A model generated the notes under the pieces. It had not been told where the DNA came from. It saw only the letters and a program-made list of their open reading frames with translations, and searched no databases. A stretch of 64,000 bases of DNA from Fibrobacter sp. (GTDB lineage: Bacteria > Fibrobacterota > Fibrobacteria > Fibrobacterales > Fibrobacteraceae). This document shows positions 40,041-48,798 of this stretch, piece after piece. The translations under genes were made by a program, and so were the position numbers. The stretch lies in the NCBI GenBank assembly GCA_024398955.1, contig JAKSIG010000004.1, forward strand, positions 11,539 through 75,538, read 5' to 3'. Position 1 is the stretch's first letter. Each line of letters opens with the position of its first letter.

Positions 40041-40651
40041 CAGGGACACAAAATAGAATTTCTCCAGGGGTTGCAGTAACCGCCATAGTATCTTCGAGGC
40101 CCATATGCCTTTATTGCGTCGTTCTCGTTCACGATCATCAGTTTTACATTGACATTATCGTTGGGCTTGTATTCCAACATGACGTCTGGCAGGATAAAGT
40201 CTACGTTTCCCTGGCGCAAATCCTCTTTGGCGATGGGTGTGCCGAAGCGCATGTGGCTATATAGGGGCATCCACAGTCCAAGGTCTGCGTATAGGTGCCA
40301 TTCTGGTGAAAATTCGTAGGCTAGGTGGGCCATGTAGCTTTGCTGAGCCATGGATCCAAAAGTTCCGCCGATAAAGCTTACTGAATAGGTGTATCCTATA
40401 GACAAGGCTGGGTCAAAGGTGGAATGCCTTACAAGAACTTCCGGATCAAAGCGATCTCTGTTCCAGGGGATGCCGTCTTTTTTTGGAACCGATTGTTCTT
40501 CTATGTAGACAGTATCGACAATGGTGTCTTTGGGAATTTCTGCGATGGCCGTCTTTTGCGGGCGGAGTGCCATTGGAGCCTGGGTTGGACTAGCGGCAAA
40601 TGCCGTAGTCCATATTAGCAGGCTTATGAGTATGGCTGGAGCAAATCCCAT
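40040..40651 (-). CDS. Hypothetical exported protein
   Basis: Signal peptide; TGATG overlap with the downstream gene. Confidence 0.65.
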   Translation of the reverse strand: MGFAPAILISLLIWTTAFAASPTQAPMALRPQKTAIAEIPKDTIVDTVYIEEQSVPKKDGIPWNRDRFDPEVLVRHSTFDPALSIGYTYSVSFIGGTFGSMAQQSYMAHLAYEFSPEWHLYADLGLWMPLYSHMRFGTPIAKEDLRQGNVDFILPDVMLEYKPNDNVNVKLMIVNENDAIKAYGPRRYYGGYCNPWRNSILCP

Positions 40652-40749
40652 GTTCAGAATATAGAAATCGGGGCTGTCAAAAGTAAAGCACCCGCTTTTA
40701 ACGAGTGCTATTTAATTTTGTAAAATGTTTTGGCTTTGAGACCGTTAAA

Positions 40750-41103
40750 CTACTTCTGAACAATTTCGTTCTTTTCGTTCACGTGAATTACAGTGGGCTT
40801 CCAGCACTGGGCTTCTTCGGGGCTCATGGTAGCGTAGGCGACGATGATCACTAGGTCGCCGGGCTGCACAAGACGAGCCGCTGCGCCGTTCAGGCAAATG
40901 ACGCCGGATTTTGCGGGGCCTTCGATAACATAGGTGTCAAGGCGGGAACCGTTGTTCACATCTAGGACGCCGACTTTTTCAAAAGGGAGAATGCCTGCTG
41001 CATCCATCAAATCGCGGGCAATCGTGATAGAACCCTCGTAATTGAGGTTTGCATCAGTAACAGTTGCGCGATGAATTTTGCTTTTAAGTAATTCTAGCTG
41101 CAT
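40750..41103 (-). CDS. panD: Aspartate 1-decarboxylase
   Basis: [17 protein letters not shown] (pyruvoyl G-S cleavage site) and CLNGAAAR motifs. Confidence 0.97.
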   Translation of the reverse strand: MQLELLKSKIHRATVTDANLNYEGSITIARDLMDAAGILPFEKVGVLDVNNGSRLDTYVIEGPAKSGVICLNGAAARLVQPGDLVIIVAYATMSPEEAQCWKPTVIHVNEKNEIVQK

Positions 41104-41112
41104 TTTAAGCGC

Positions 41113-41850
41113 TTAGAACTTTACGTTGAAGAAGCTGGTTACACCCACGCTTGCGTTATCGTGTGTGGGCGTCGGCATAATGCCGTAGCTGAAACGGTTT
41201 GCGTCGGGGTTGCTGTCCCACTGAGTGCTGAAGAATGCGTCTGCAAAGGACCAGACCATGCCGCCGGCAACAGCCAACAGACCGTACCACCAGTCAGTTG
41301 CACCATCAACCTTAAGATAGATGGTAACACCTGCACCCACGCCTACCAGAGCGTCCATCCAGATTGCCTTCATAGACTGATCAGTCTTCCACTGATAGAG
41401 AGAAGGGAGGAGTAAGGACAGATAGGCATACTGCTGGTCGCCAGAACGATTTCTGTAGGAGCGGTCGATGTCTGCATCTTCAAAGCCGCCAGAACGCTGG
41501 TCTAACCATTCTTCTTCAGAAACACCCAGCTTTTCCCAAGGTTTCTGGAGGTATTCAGAAGGACGAACGCCCATTTCTACCAGGTGAGTCAGCTTGTCGC
41601 GGGTAACACCCTCTTTCTTTGCCTGCTGGAATTCCCACTGGGTAAGGCCAATTTCTTCGTAATTAAAGCCGGCCCATTCATCGCCGGAAGCGGATGCTTC
41701 ACCAACATTTTCAGAATCACCGTCGTTTTCGAAGACGTCTTCTGTGTTGGATTCGCCATAAGAATAAGAATCGGACTCGTCGTCAGACTGCGCAAAAACA
41801 AGCCCTCCGCAGAGAAGCACAATGCCTGCAATCTTACACCAATTAGCCAT
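41113..41850 (-). CDS. Hypothetical exported/membrane protein
   Basis: Signal peptide, acidic linker, YLSLLLPSLYQW followed by TM helices, terminal VKF. Confidence 0.65.
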   Translation of the reverse strand: MANWCKIAGIVLLCGGLVFAQSDDESDSYSYGESNTEDVFENDGDSENVGEASASGDEWAGFNYEEIGLTQWEFQQAKKEGVTRDKLTHLVEMGVRPSEYLQKPWEKLGVSEEEWLDQRSGGFEDADIDRSYRNRSGDQQYAYLSLLLPSLYQWKTDQSMKAIWMDALVGVGAGVTIYLKVDGATDWWYGLLAVAGGMVWSFADAFFSTQWDSNPDANRFSYGIMPTPTHDNASVGVTSFFNVKF

Positions 41851-41890
41851 TAATCCAATCCTTTTTTATCCAATTTGACTTTGGATCTTA

Positions 41891-41974
41891 TGCCGGGGGA
41901 GGGAATCGAACCCTCACAGAGTCACCTCTACCGGATTTTGAGTCCGGCGCGTCTACCAATTTCACCACCCCGGC
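41891..41974 (-). tRNA. tRNA-Leu(CAA)
   Basis: GCCGGGG acceptor stem, TGGTAGAC D-arm, CCGGA-CTCAAAA-TCCGG anticodon arm, long variable arm, GGTTCGATTCC; CCA not encoded. Confidence 0.95.
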
Positions 41975-42051
41975 TAGGGGTATCACAAATATAGAACAGT
42001 TTAGATTTTTTTGGAGGTAGTGGAACCAAAAAAACACGTTTTTCTGTAAAA

Positions 42052-43149
42052 TTATTTTCTTAAAAGGGGCTGGAACTCCACTTTTAGGGGGGCAAGTTCC
42101 TTTGCTCCGAAGTCAACTGCCTCGTCGCGAGAGGAAAAGTGCCCTGACTGCACCAGGTACAAAATCTTTTCGCCGCGGGGTTGTTCTACGATTTCGGCCT
42201 TGATTTTTCTTTTTTTGAGGGTAGAAACCAGCAAGGTTGCGTTATCCTTGACACTAAAGGCGCCCAGCTGCAAGACCCAGTGCTCTGCGGCAGGTGCGGC
42301 AACCTGTTGAGGTACTGCGGTTGGAACCGGTGGGGTGGAAGGCTGTGCGATATTGGTCTCTGGTTCGGCTGCGACTGCGGGTGCTGGTGCGACCGCTGAA
42401 ACCGGAGCTGAACTTTCCTTGACGGATTCTGCCGCGATAGGTTCGGCAGATTTGGCTGCAGTTTTTGATTCTGCAGCAGGCTTGGGAGCCTCGGGCTCGG
42501 GGGGCGTTTGCTGAGTAGCCTTTGCTACTGTGTCGGGGGCTGGCTGGCTTGCCGGAACGGGGGTCTTTTTTTCCTGCATTGCTGCCAGGGAGTCTGGGTT
42601 CTTCAGAAGTTCACAGCGTTCGTTCAGCATTTCGTTGTTTGTCTTAGACTTTACTGCAGCGCAAACTTTTTGAAGGACTACGTTGTGGTGAGGCTTCGAA
42701 GTTTCAATGGCGTGAATCAGATCCTGTGCTGCTTGGTCGTACTTGCCAAGGTATAGACGGAACTGTGCGCTGGTCATCATAAGGTCTGCGTACAGGGATT
42801 CCTGGGGGCTTACCTTCTGGATTAAACTGTCGAGACGTTTGCCTGCCTTTTTGAATGAGGCTGCGTCACCGGTTTGGGATAAGGCGAGAACATTCCACAA
42901 AAGGCATTCTGCCTGCTTTTCCTTGGGCTGCTGGGGGCAGGCCTTTTCGTAGGCGGAAGCGGCTTCCTTCCAGTTGCCAGAAACATAGGACTTCTGTGCA
43001 TTTGCCAAGGCTGTTGCTGCGGGGTTGGCTTGAGGGGCGGTGGGTGCTGCGGCGGATTGAGATGCCGTTGCGACAGACTCCTGAGCGTTTGCGCAGATTG
43101 CGGATAAAAGAATTGCTGCTACGGTAAGATGCTTGCTAATGTAATTCAT
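42052..43149 (-). CDS. TPR plus SPOR domain exported protein
   Basis: Signal peptide, TPR-like helices, Pro/Ala linker, WVLQLGAFS...LYLVQSGHFSSRDEA (SPOR). Confidence 0.85.
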   Translation of the reverse strand: MNYISKHLTVAAILLSAICANAQESVATASQSAAAPTAPQANPAATALANAQKSYVSGNWKEAASAYEKACPQQPKEKQAECLLWNVLALSQTGDAASFKKAGKRLDSLIQKVSPQESLYADLMMTSAQFRLYLGKYDQAAQDLIHAIETSKPHHNVVLQKVCAAVKSKTNNEMLNERCELLKNPDSLAAMQEKKTPVPASQPAPDTVAKATQQTPPEPEAPKPAAESKTAAKSAEPIAAESVKESSAPVSAVAPAPAVAAEPETNIAQPSTPPVPTAVPQQVAAPAAEHWVLQLGAFSVKDNATLLVSTLKKRKIKAEIVEQPRGEKILYLVQSGHFSSRDEAVDFGAKELAPLKVEFQPLLRK

Positions 43150-43224
43150 CCTGATGCCTATAAGGTTCTCGTCTTTAAGCTTTTTATAAAAACTGCTTTG
43201 TTCTCTTGCTATAATAAGTTTTGC

Positions 43225-44550
43225 CTAGTCCAGCAAAGTTCCGCGTAAAGTCCATCCGCGGATGTCGTCGATCTTTACCTTCACGTAGTCGCCGGGCCTC
43301 ACGATGCGGCCTTCGGAAGGCTTGAAGATCACCTTCTTGAAGTTGTCGGTCTTGCCCATGAATTCGTTTTCGTCGCGGCTGGAGCAGCCTTCCACCAGGA
43401 GCGTCTCGGTGCGGCCGATCATCAGCTCGTTACGCTTCTTGGTGATGCCGTTCTGCAGTTCCACCAGGCGGGTGTGGCGGGCCAGCTTTTCTTCGGCGGT
43501 GAGGGTTTCCGTTTCCTTGTAGGATTCGGTACCCTTTCGCGGACTGTAGATGAACATGAAGGCGTTATCGAACTGGCAGGCTTCAAAGGCTTTCATGGTG
43601 TCTTCGAAGTCGGCGTCAGTTTCGCCAACGAAACCGCAAATCACGTCGGTAGAAATTCCGTACAGCGGGTCCTTGCTGCGGAGCTGCTCGATGACGCTCA
43701 TGTACTGTTCCATGTTGTGCTGGCGGCGCATCTTCTTCAGCATGGCGTCGCTACCACTCTGGATAGGAATGTGGGCGTAGTGGCAGACCTTGGGATTGTT
43801 CAGCAGCACGTCGATTAGTTCGTTGGTGTAGTGCCTCGGATGAGGGCTGGTAAAGCGGATACGCTGAATGCCGCCAATCTCGGACACGCGGGTGAGCAGG
43901 TCTGCAAAATTGTGGTCGCCGTTCTTGTAGGCGTTTACCGTCTGGCCCAAAAGCATGACTTCCGTAATGCCCTTGTCTGCGGCCTTCTGAACTTCCGTCA
44001 AAACGTCGTCCATGTCGCGGTACTTTTCGGGGCCGCGGAGGTAGGGCACAATGCAGTAGCTGCAGCGCTTGTTGCATCCACGCTGGATGGTAACGAAGGT
44101 GCTGAAGTCGTGCTTCACCTTGGCGTAATCGCCGATGTAGTTCTGGGTGATGTCTTCGTCCAGGAACATGCGGTGGTGAGTCTTGTGCAGCGGGCTATCG
44201 GGGCCTGCCAACAGCAACTCGGGAATATTCTTGTACTGGTCCGGACCTACGACGTAGTTCACCACCTTCAGTCGCTTGAGAATTTCCGGGCCGCGGTTCT
44301 TGGCCATGCAACCGCAAACCACCACCTTCAAGTCCGGGTTAGCTTTTTTCAGCTTGCGGTACTTGCTGATGTTTGCAAATGCGGTGTCCTCTGCCTTTTC
44401 GCGAACGGAGCAGGTGTTGACGATAATGAAATCGGCTTCGGTAATGTCGCCTGTTTCCATGCAGCCTTCCATGTCCAGCTTCTGGGCAATGAGGGCGGAG
44501 TCGTACTCGTTCATTTGGCAGCCGTATGTGGCTAAGTAATATTTCTTCAT
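43225..44550 (-). CDS. miaB: tRNA methylthiotransferase MiaB
   Basis: TYGCQMNEYDS, NTCSVREKAE, GCMA, CNKRCSYCIVP (radical SAM) and a C-terminal TRAM domain. Confidence 0.96.
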   Translation of the reverse strand: MKKYYLATYGCQMNEYDSALIAQKLDMEGCMETGDITEADFIIVNTCSVREKAEDTAFANISKYRKLKKANPDLKVVVCGCMAKNRGPEILKRLKVVNYVVGPDQYKNIPELLLAGPDSPLHKTHHRMFLDEDITQNYIGDYAKVKHDFSTFVTIQRGCNKRCSYCIVPYLRGPEKYRDMDDVLTEVQKAADKGITEVMLLGQTVNAYKNGDHNFADLLTRVSEIGGIQRIRFTSPHPRHYTNELIDVLLNNPKVCHYAHIPIQSGSDAMLKKMRRQHNMEQYMSVIEQLRSKDPLYGISTDVICGFVGETDADFEDTMKAFEACQFDNAFMFIYSPRKGTESYKETETLTAEEKLARHTRLVELQNGITKKRNELMIGRTETLLVEGCSSRDENEFMGKTDNFKKVIFKPSEGRIVRPGDYVKVKIDDIRGWTLRGTLLD

Positions 44551-44672
44551 GAGGATCGCAATTTGCTGATGGTTTTAACGGCGGGTAAGATAGAAAAATT
44601 CAGGGTGTGGGCTGTTGCGCGGGGTGCGTGCGATGGATTTTTTAGGGGAGAGTGAGTGTTTTTCCTGAAAAA

Positions 44673-44892
44673 TGGGCTCCATTGGGTGGAAAAGTTGAAA
44701 TTTGAAGTCCATAATTTTGAACAAATTAATTAAAAGTGAGACGGCTTGGTAAACTGTTGGCTTGGCAATGGGCTCCAATATGACCAATATTGTTTATTTG
44801 GAGTCTATATAAATACCCATAACACAAAATATACTATAGACAAAGTAATTTTATGGGATCCATTTACCTACTAACTGACGATTTGGAGTCCA
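44673..44892. repeat. Six-palindrome element, copy 3 (inverted relative to copies 1 and 2, more degenerate)
   Basis: 9-mers start at 44673, 44703, 44769, 44799, 44854 and 44884; linkers of 57 and 46 nt in mirrored order. Confidence 0.85.
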
Positions 44893-45013
44893 AAAATCAC
44901 CGAAAACTCATTTTGCAACCATGAAAATGTGCTTCTTGCGGGCTGACTTTTGTAAATTCATCTTGTGCGTGAGTGCGCACTGTTTTGTATATGGCCCATA
45001 ACCAAAGGTTTTT

Positions 45014-45847
45014 ATGAAGACTTTGGAACTTTTACCGCCAGATACAATTCTGGCGTCAGTCCAGAAACGTGCAGAAGAACTGTACTCCATTATCGAAGAA
45101 AAGAAGCGCTCCTTAAGTAAGGCGCCTGCGGGGCGAATCAAGCTGATTCGTCGAGGAGGGAACATTCACTGCTATCATGTGACAAGTTCTGCAAAACCTG
45201 CCGGCAAGTACATTCCCGTTTCGGAGCAAAAATTCATCAAGGCGCTTACCCAGAAGGAATACGATCAGGCGGTTTTAGCGGAACTGCAATACCAGCTGAA
45301 ACTGATAGATAATTTCATAAAGAAGTATAATCCCTCTATGGTGCGGGAATTGTTCGGATCCCGTGGAGAATTGCGTCGCGGTTATATCTCTCCAGTGACG
45401 CTATCCGATGAGGATTATGCGGCCCGTTGGCTTGCACAATCATACAAGAGCAAATCATTTCGCGAAGGGGAGCCGGAATTTTTCACCAGCCGCGGGGAAC
45501 GAGTCCGCTCCAAGTCTGAGATGATTATTGCAGACATCCTGGCGAAACATGGTGTACCTTACAAGTATGAATGTCCTCTGCGGTTGGAAACTGGCGAAGG
45601 TTCTGGTGCGTTGACGGTCCATCCTGATTTCACCTGCATAAATCTCCGTACTCGCGAACAGTTCCTGTGGGAACATTTTGGCCGTATGGACGATCCCGAA
45701 TATGCAAAAAAGACCGTTCGTAAATTGCGAACCTTTCGCAGGAACGGTTTTATCCTAGGGAAGAATTTGCTGGCTACCACGGAATGCGATGGCTTGCCCC
45801 TGGATCGCAAGGATGTAGAATCGCTTGTTAAAAACTTTTTGCGGTAA
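45014..45847 (+). CDS. Uncharacterised putative nuclease with a C-terminal PD-(D/E)xK / restriction-endonuclease-like fold
   Basis: GERVRSKSEMIIADIL...YKYE...HPDF...WEHFGRMDDPEY...K pattern (E..PDF..EH); helical basic N-terminal half. Confidence 0.7.
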   Translation: MKTLELLPPDTILASVQKRAEELYSIIEEKKRSLSKAPAGRIKLIRRGGNIHCYHVTSSAKPAGKYIPVSEQKFIKALTQKEYDQAVLAELQYQLKLIDNFIKKYNPSMVRELFGSRGELRRGYISPVTLSDEDYAARWLAQSYKSKSFREGEPEFFTSRGERVRSKSEMIIADILAKHGVPYKYECPLRLETGEGSGALTVHPDFTCINLRTREQFLWEHFGRMDDPEYAKKTVRKLRTFRRNGFILGKNLLATTECDGLPLDRKDVESLVKNFLR

Positions 45848-45883
45848 TCCAGATTTTTGAAATCAATGGCTGATGGAGTAACT

Positions 45884-46861
45884 TTAAACTAGCTTCAGTA
45901 AATCCTTAATATGCCTGATGGTGTATTTGGGCTCCAGTGGCAAGAGATTTTCGGGGCGGCCGAAACCTTCCAGGCAAATAATACTGTCGATGCCGGCGTT
46001 CTTGGCGGCCATCACATCCGGGGTGTCGTCGCCGATCATGACCGCCTTTTCCGGAGCCACGCCCAGCTTCTCCAAAATCGCATAGATGCCGCCAGGACCG
46101 GGCTTGCGTTCCGGAGTTGTGTCGCCGCAGAGGTAGTAGGAAATCTTGTGGGCGGAGTGTTCGCATCCTGCGCGCTTCTTTGAGGCGCATTCTTTTCCGG
46201 CGTCTGCGTTGTTCTGCGCGGCTCCGCTCAGCAGTCCGAATTTTTCCAAAATCTTTTTTGCAGGTAACACAGGCTTGTTGGTCAGCATGGCTGCGATCTT
46301 GCGACCTGCGATTTGACCTGCGCCCTCGTTGCGACCCGACGAATTGCCGGCACCCTCGTCGCGGCAGTCATTTTCGCAAATCCAGTCGATAAATTCCAGG
46401 ACGCCTTCATAAGGTTCAGTTTCTTCGGTGCAGTGCTCCCAGTAATAGCCGGAGTAAGTTTTCAGTACCTCGTCAATCTTGGCTTCGTCGAAGCCTGCAC
46501 TTTCTAACACTGCGGCGACAGCTTCGGCGTCTCTAACGTCCAAATGTTCCTCGCGGCTCTTTCCCTCGATGGGTTCGCCGGCGGTTTTGCCCGCGCCGTA
46601 CATAATGCCCGACGCCACGGACCTGCGAATTAGATTCCTGGATCCGTTCCCGATGCAGCTTCGCACATTGTCCTTTGAAATTTCTTGAATCCCGAACAGT
46701 TTCAATGCATAATTCACTGCCGGAGCCAAGTCCCCCAGGCTGTTGAACATGGTACCGTCCAGGTCAAAAATGAACAGTTCCTTTTGGACAATTAAAGCCT
46801 TGAGGTCGGCAATTTTTGAGGATTCCTTACAACTGTTCATTTTTTCGATGTCTATATTCAT
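45884..46861 (-). CDS. HAD-family hydrolase (phosphoglycolate phosphatase-like) with low-complexity insertions
   Basis: FDLDGT, LTNK, KP and IGDDTPDVMAAKNAG motifs. Confidence 0.88.
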   Translation of the reverse strand: MNIDIEKMNSCKESSKIADLKALIVQKELFIFDLDGTMFNSLGDLAPAVNYALKLFGIQEISKDNVRSCIGNGSRNLIRRSVASGIMYGAGKTAGEPIEGKSREEHLDVRDAEAVAAVLESAGFDEAKIDEVLKTYSGYYWEHCTEETEPYEGVLEFIDWICENDCRDEGAGNSSGRNEGAGQIAGRKIAAMLTNKPVLPAKKILEKFGLLSGAAQNNADAGKECASKKRAGCEHSAHKISYYLCGDTTPERKPGPGGIYAILEKLGVAPEKAVMIGDDTPDVMAAKNAGIDSIICLEGFGRPENLLPLEPKYTIRHIKDLLKLV

Positions 46862-46937
46862 GACGATAAAAATAGAAAAAGGCGAATGTCGCATGAAAAT
46901 ACTAACTTTCCCACAGCCTGAAAAAAGAACTTGTATT

Positions 46938-47555
46938 ATGTCAAAGTTTACTGAATATATTGGATCACAGTTTGGGAATCCTCGCGGAATTGTGGGAAAG
47001 ATTTGCTGTGTCATCATGAACGTTATCAATAGGGCTATGTACAAGAATACGGTGGCCTTGATGAACGTCCTTCCTGGTGAAAAAGTGCTAGATATTGGTT
47101 TCGGTAACGGCTATCTTCTCCAGCAGATGTACAAAAAATTCAAGGTGGACTTGTATGGCGTTGACATTTCTCTGGACATGATGACTCAGGCGAGCAAGCG
47201 TAATCAAAAAGCGGCTCGCAATGGCCATCTTCATTTGCAGGTGGGGGATTGTTGTTCGCTTCCTTTTGAGAATGATTCTTTTTCCGCAGTATCATCCATC
47301 AACACCATTTACTTCTGGCCTGATACCGTGAAAGGGCTCTCCGAAATTCATCGTGTGCTGAAACCTGGGGCAGCCTTCTACAATGTGGTTTACACCAAGG
47401 AGTGGCTGGATAAACTTTCCTATACCAAGAAGGGGTTCAAGAAGTTTGAATCAGAGCAGTTGAAGGACCTGGGACGGTTGGCTGGCTTTGAAAAAGTCCA
47501 AATCAAAAATATTGTGAAGGGCAAAAGTTTTGTAGCCGTATATACCAAGTTGTGA
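46938..47555 (+). CDS. Class I SAM-dependent methyltransferase
   Basis: VLDIGFGNG, GVDIS, LPFENDSF and RVLKPG motifs. Confidence 0.9.
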   Translation: MSKFTEYIGSQFGNPRGIVGKICCVIMNVINRAMYKNTVALMNVLPGEKVLDIGFGNGYLLQQMYKKFKVDLYGVDISLDMMTQASKRNQKAARNGHLHLQVGDCCSLPFENDSFSAVSSINTIYFWPDTVKGLSEIHRVLKPGAAFYNVVYTKEWLDKLSYTKKGFKKFESEQLKDLGRLAGFEKVQIKNIVKGKSFVAVYTKL

Positions 47556-47644
47556 TTCCTGGAACTATGCGAAATCCTTGACTGGATCTGAATAATCTTG
47601 TCTAAAAAATTGCGTGTTTTGTGTAAAGTTTGTATATTCAAGTC

Positions 47645-48370
47645 ATGAATCTTAAATCTTTTTTCTTTGTTGCCACTGCGGCTCTTTCTATTCAGGCTTT
47701 TGCTGTTGATCCGATTATTTTTACCCCGGCAATTTATCAGATTGGTGAGGTAAACCAAGGCGATGTCAAACACTTCATTCTAAAGGGAGCCAATGTTTCT
47801 GGTAAGGACATCAATCTGGAAAATGTCATGTGTCAGGGCAATGGCTGCTCTAACTTCAAGTATCCTACAACAATTGCCAAGAATGGTGCTGTCAAGGTGG
47901 AATTCGATATGGATTTCTCAGATATGGAAGGCCCCGTTAGCCCTACGGTTGTGCTTGTAGGAACCGATGGTAAACCCTATGTTGCGGCTCTAGAAGGGTC
48001 CGTCAAGGCTCCATTTTTCTTTAGCGAAAAGATGTTTGATGCGGGGTACTACACTGCTGGTGAAAAACGGGAATGGTCTTTCTATGTATGGGAAACCGAC
48101 AAGAAGGATCGTCCTGATTTAACCCTTTCCGATGAGGCGGCCAAAGATTTCTCCGTCAAGATTAAGAATGTGAAGGTTGCGGTAGATGAGAATGGAAAGG
48201 TTACCGAAGGTGGCAAGATTCTTGCCTTAAAAATTACCTTTTCCACCAAGGGCCTGACTCGTGAAGGATGGGAACTGAAACAGCAGAGTATTCGCAAATT
48301 TGTGGGATTTAAGAGCAAAAAGTACCCTAGGGCTACACCAGAAGTGCTGGTTGTTGGCTTCTGGAAGTAA
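47645..48370 (+). CDS. Exported Ig-like protein (DUF1573-like)
   Basis: Signal peptide; IGEVNQG...NVSGKDI...CQGNGC pattern. Confidence 0.55.
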   Translation: MNLKSFFFVATAALSIQAFAVDPIIFTPAIYQIGEVNQGDVKHFILKGANVSGKDINLENVMCQGNGCSNFKYPTTIAKNGAVKVEFDMDFSDMEGPVSPTVVLVGTDGKPYVAALEGSVKAPFFFSEKMFDAGYYTAGEKREWSFYVWETDKKDRPDLTLSDEAAKDFSVKIKNVKVAVDENGKVTEGGKILALKITFSTKGLTREGWELKQQSIRKFVGFKSKKYPRATPEVLVVGFWK

Positions 48371-48449
48371 AAAAATGAATTTTTTCGGGCTTTTGCCTTG
48401 CAAAATTCCAAATATTAACTACCTTTGGTTCACTCTTTGAAAGAGACCT

Positions 48450-48523
48450 CGGGATGTAGCTCAGCCTGGTAGAGCGCTTGAATGGGGTTCAAGAGGTCGC
48501 TGATTCGAATTCAGTCATCCCGA
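48450..48523 (+). tRNA. tRNA-Pro(GGG)
   Basis: CGGGATG/CATCCCG acceptor stem, AGCCTGGTAG D-loop, CTTGA-ATGGGGT-TCAAG anticodon arm, TTCGAAT T-loop. Confidence 0.92.
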
Positions 48524-48524
48524 T

Positions 48525-48558
48525 AAAAAAGCTCGCAACGAAAGTTGCGGGCTTTTTT
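48525..48558 (+). terminator. Bidirectional Rho-independent terminator
   Basis: AAAAAAGCTCGCAAC-GAAA-GTTGCGGGCTTTTTT. Confidence 0.8.
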
Positions 48559-48565
48559 GATGCAG

Positions 48566-48732
48566 AGGGCGGGGGCATTCCCCGCCCTCTGGACTCCCAC
48601 CCCTTTATGTAGGAAAAGGATATCTTTTTCGTGTAGGGCGGTGGCATTCCCCTCCCTCTGGACTCCCACCCCTTTACGTAGGAAAAGGATATCTTTTTCG
48701 TGTAGGGCGGGGGCATTCCCCTCCCTCTGGAC
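48566..48732. repeat. 69-bp tandem repeat (about 2.4 copies) with a GC-rich hairpin
   Basis: Units start at 48566, 48635 and 48704: AGGGCGGGGGCATTCCCCGCCCTCTGGACTCCCACCCCTTTA..GAAAAGGATATCTTTTTCGTGT. Confidence 0.85.
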
Positions 48733-48798
48733 ATCTTTTCGTTCTAAACAAAAAGAGCGGGGGTGTTGCCCCGCCCTAATTTTAGATGAAACCTTTGG

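Noticed and set aside
45843-45882. Possible degenerate palindrome pair (TCCA...TGGAGT) just after the nuclease-like gene
   Set aside because: Both halves match the consensus only partly and the offset is 31 rather than 29-30; too weak to call a right end.
46938-47555. Cognate DNA methyltransferase for the nuclease-like gene
   Set aside because: It has small-molecule class I methyltransferase motifs only and is separated from the nuclease by the HAD gene.
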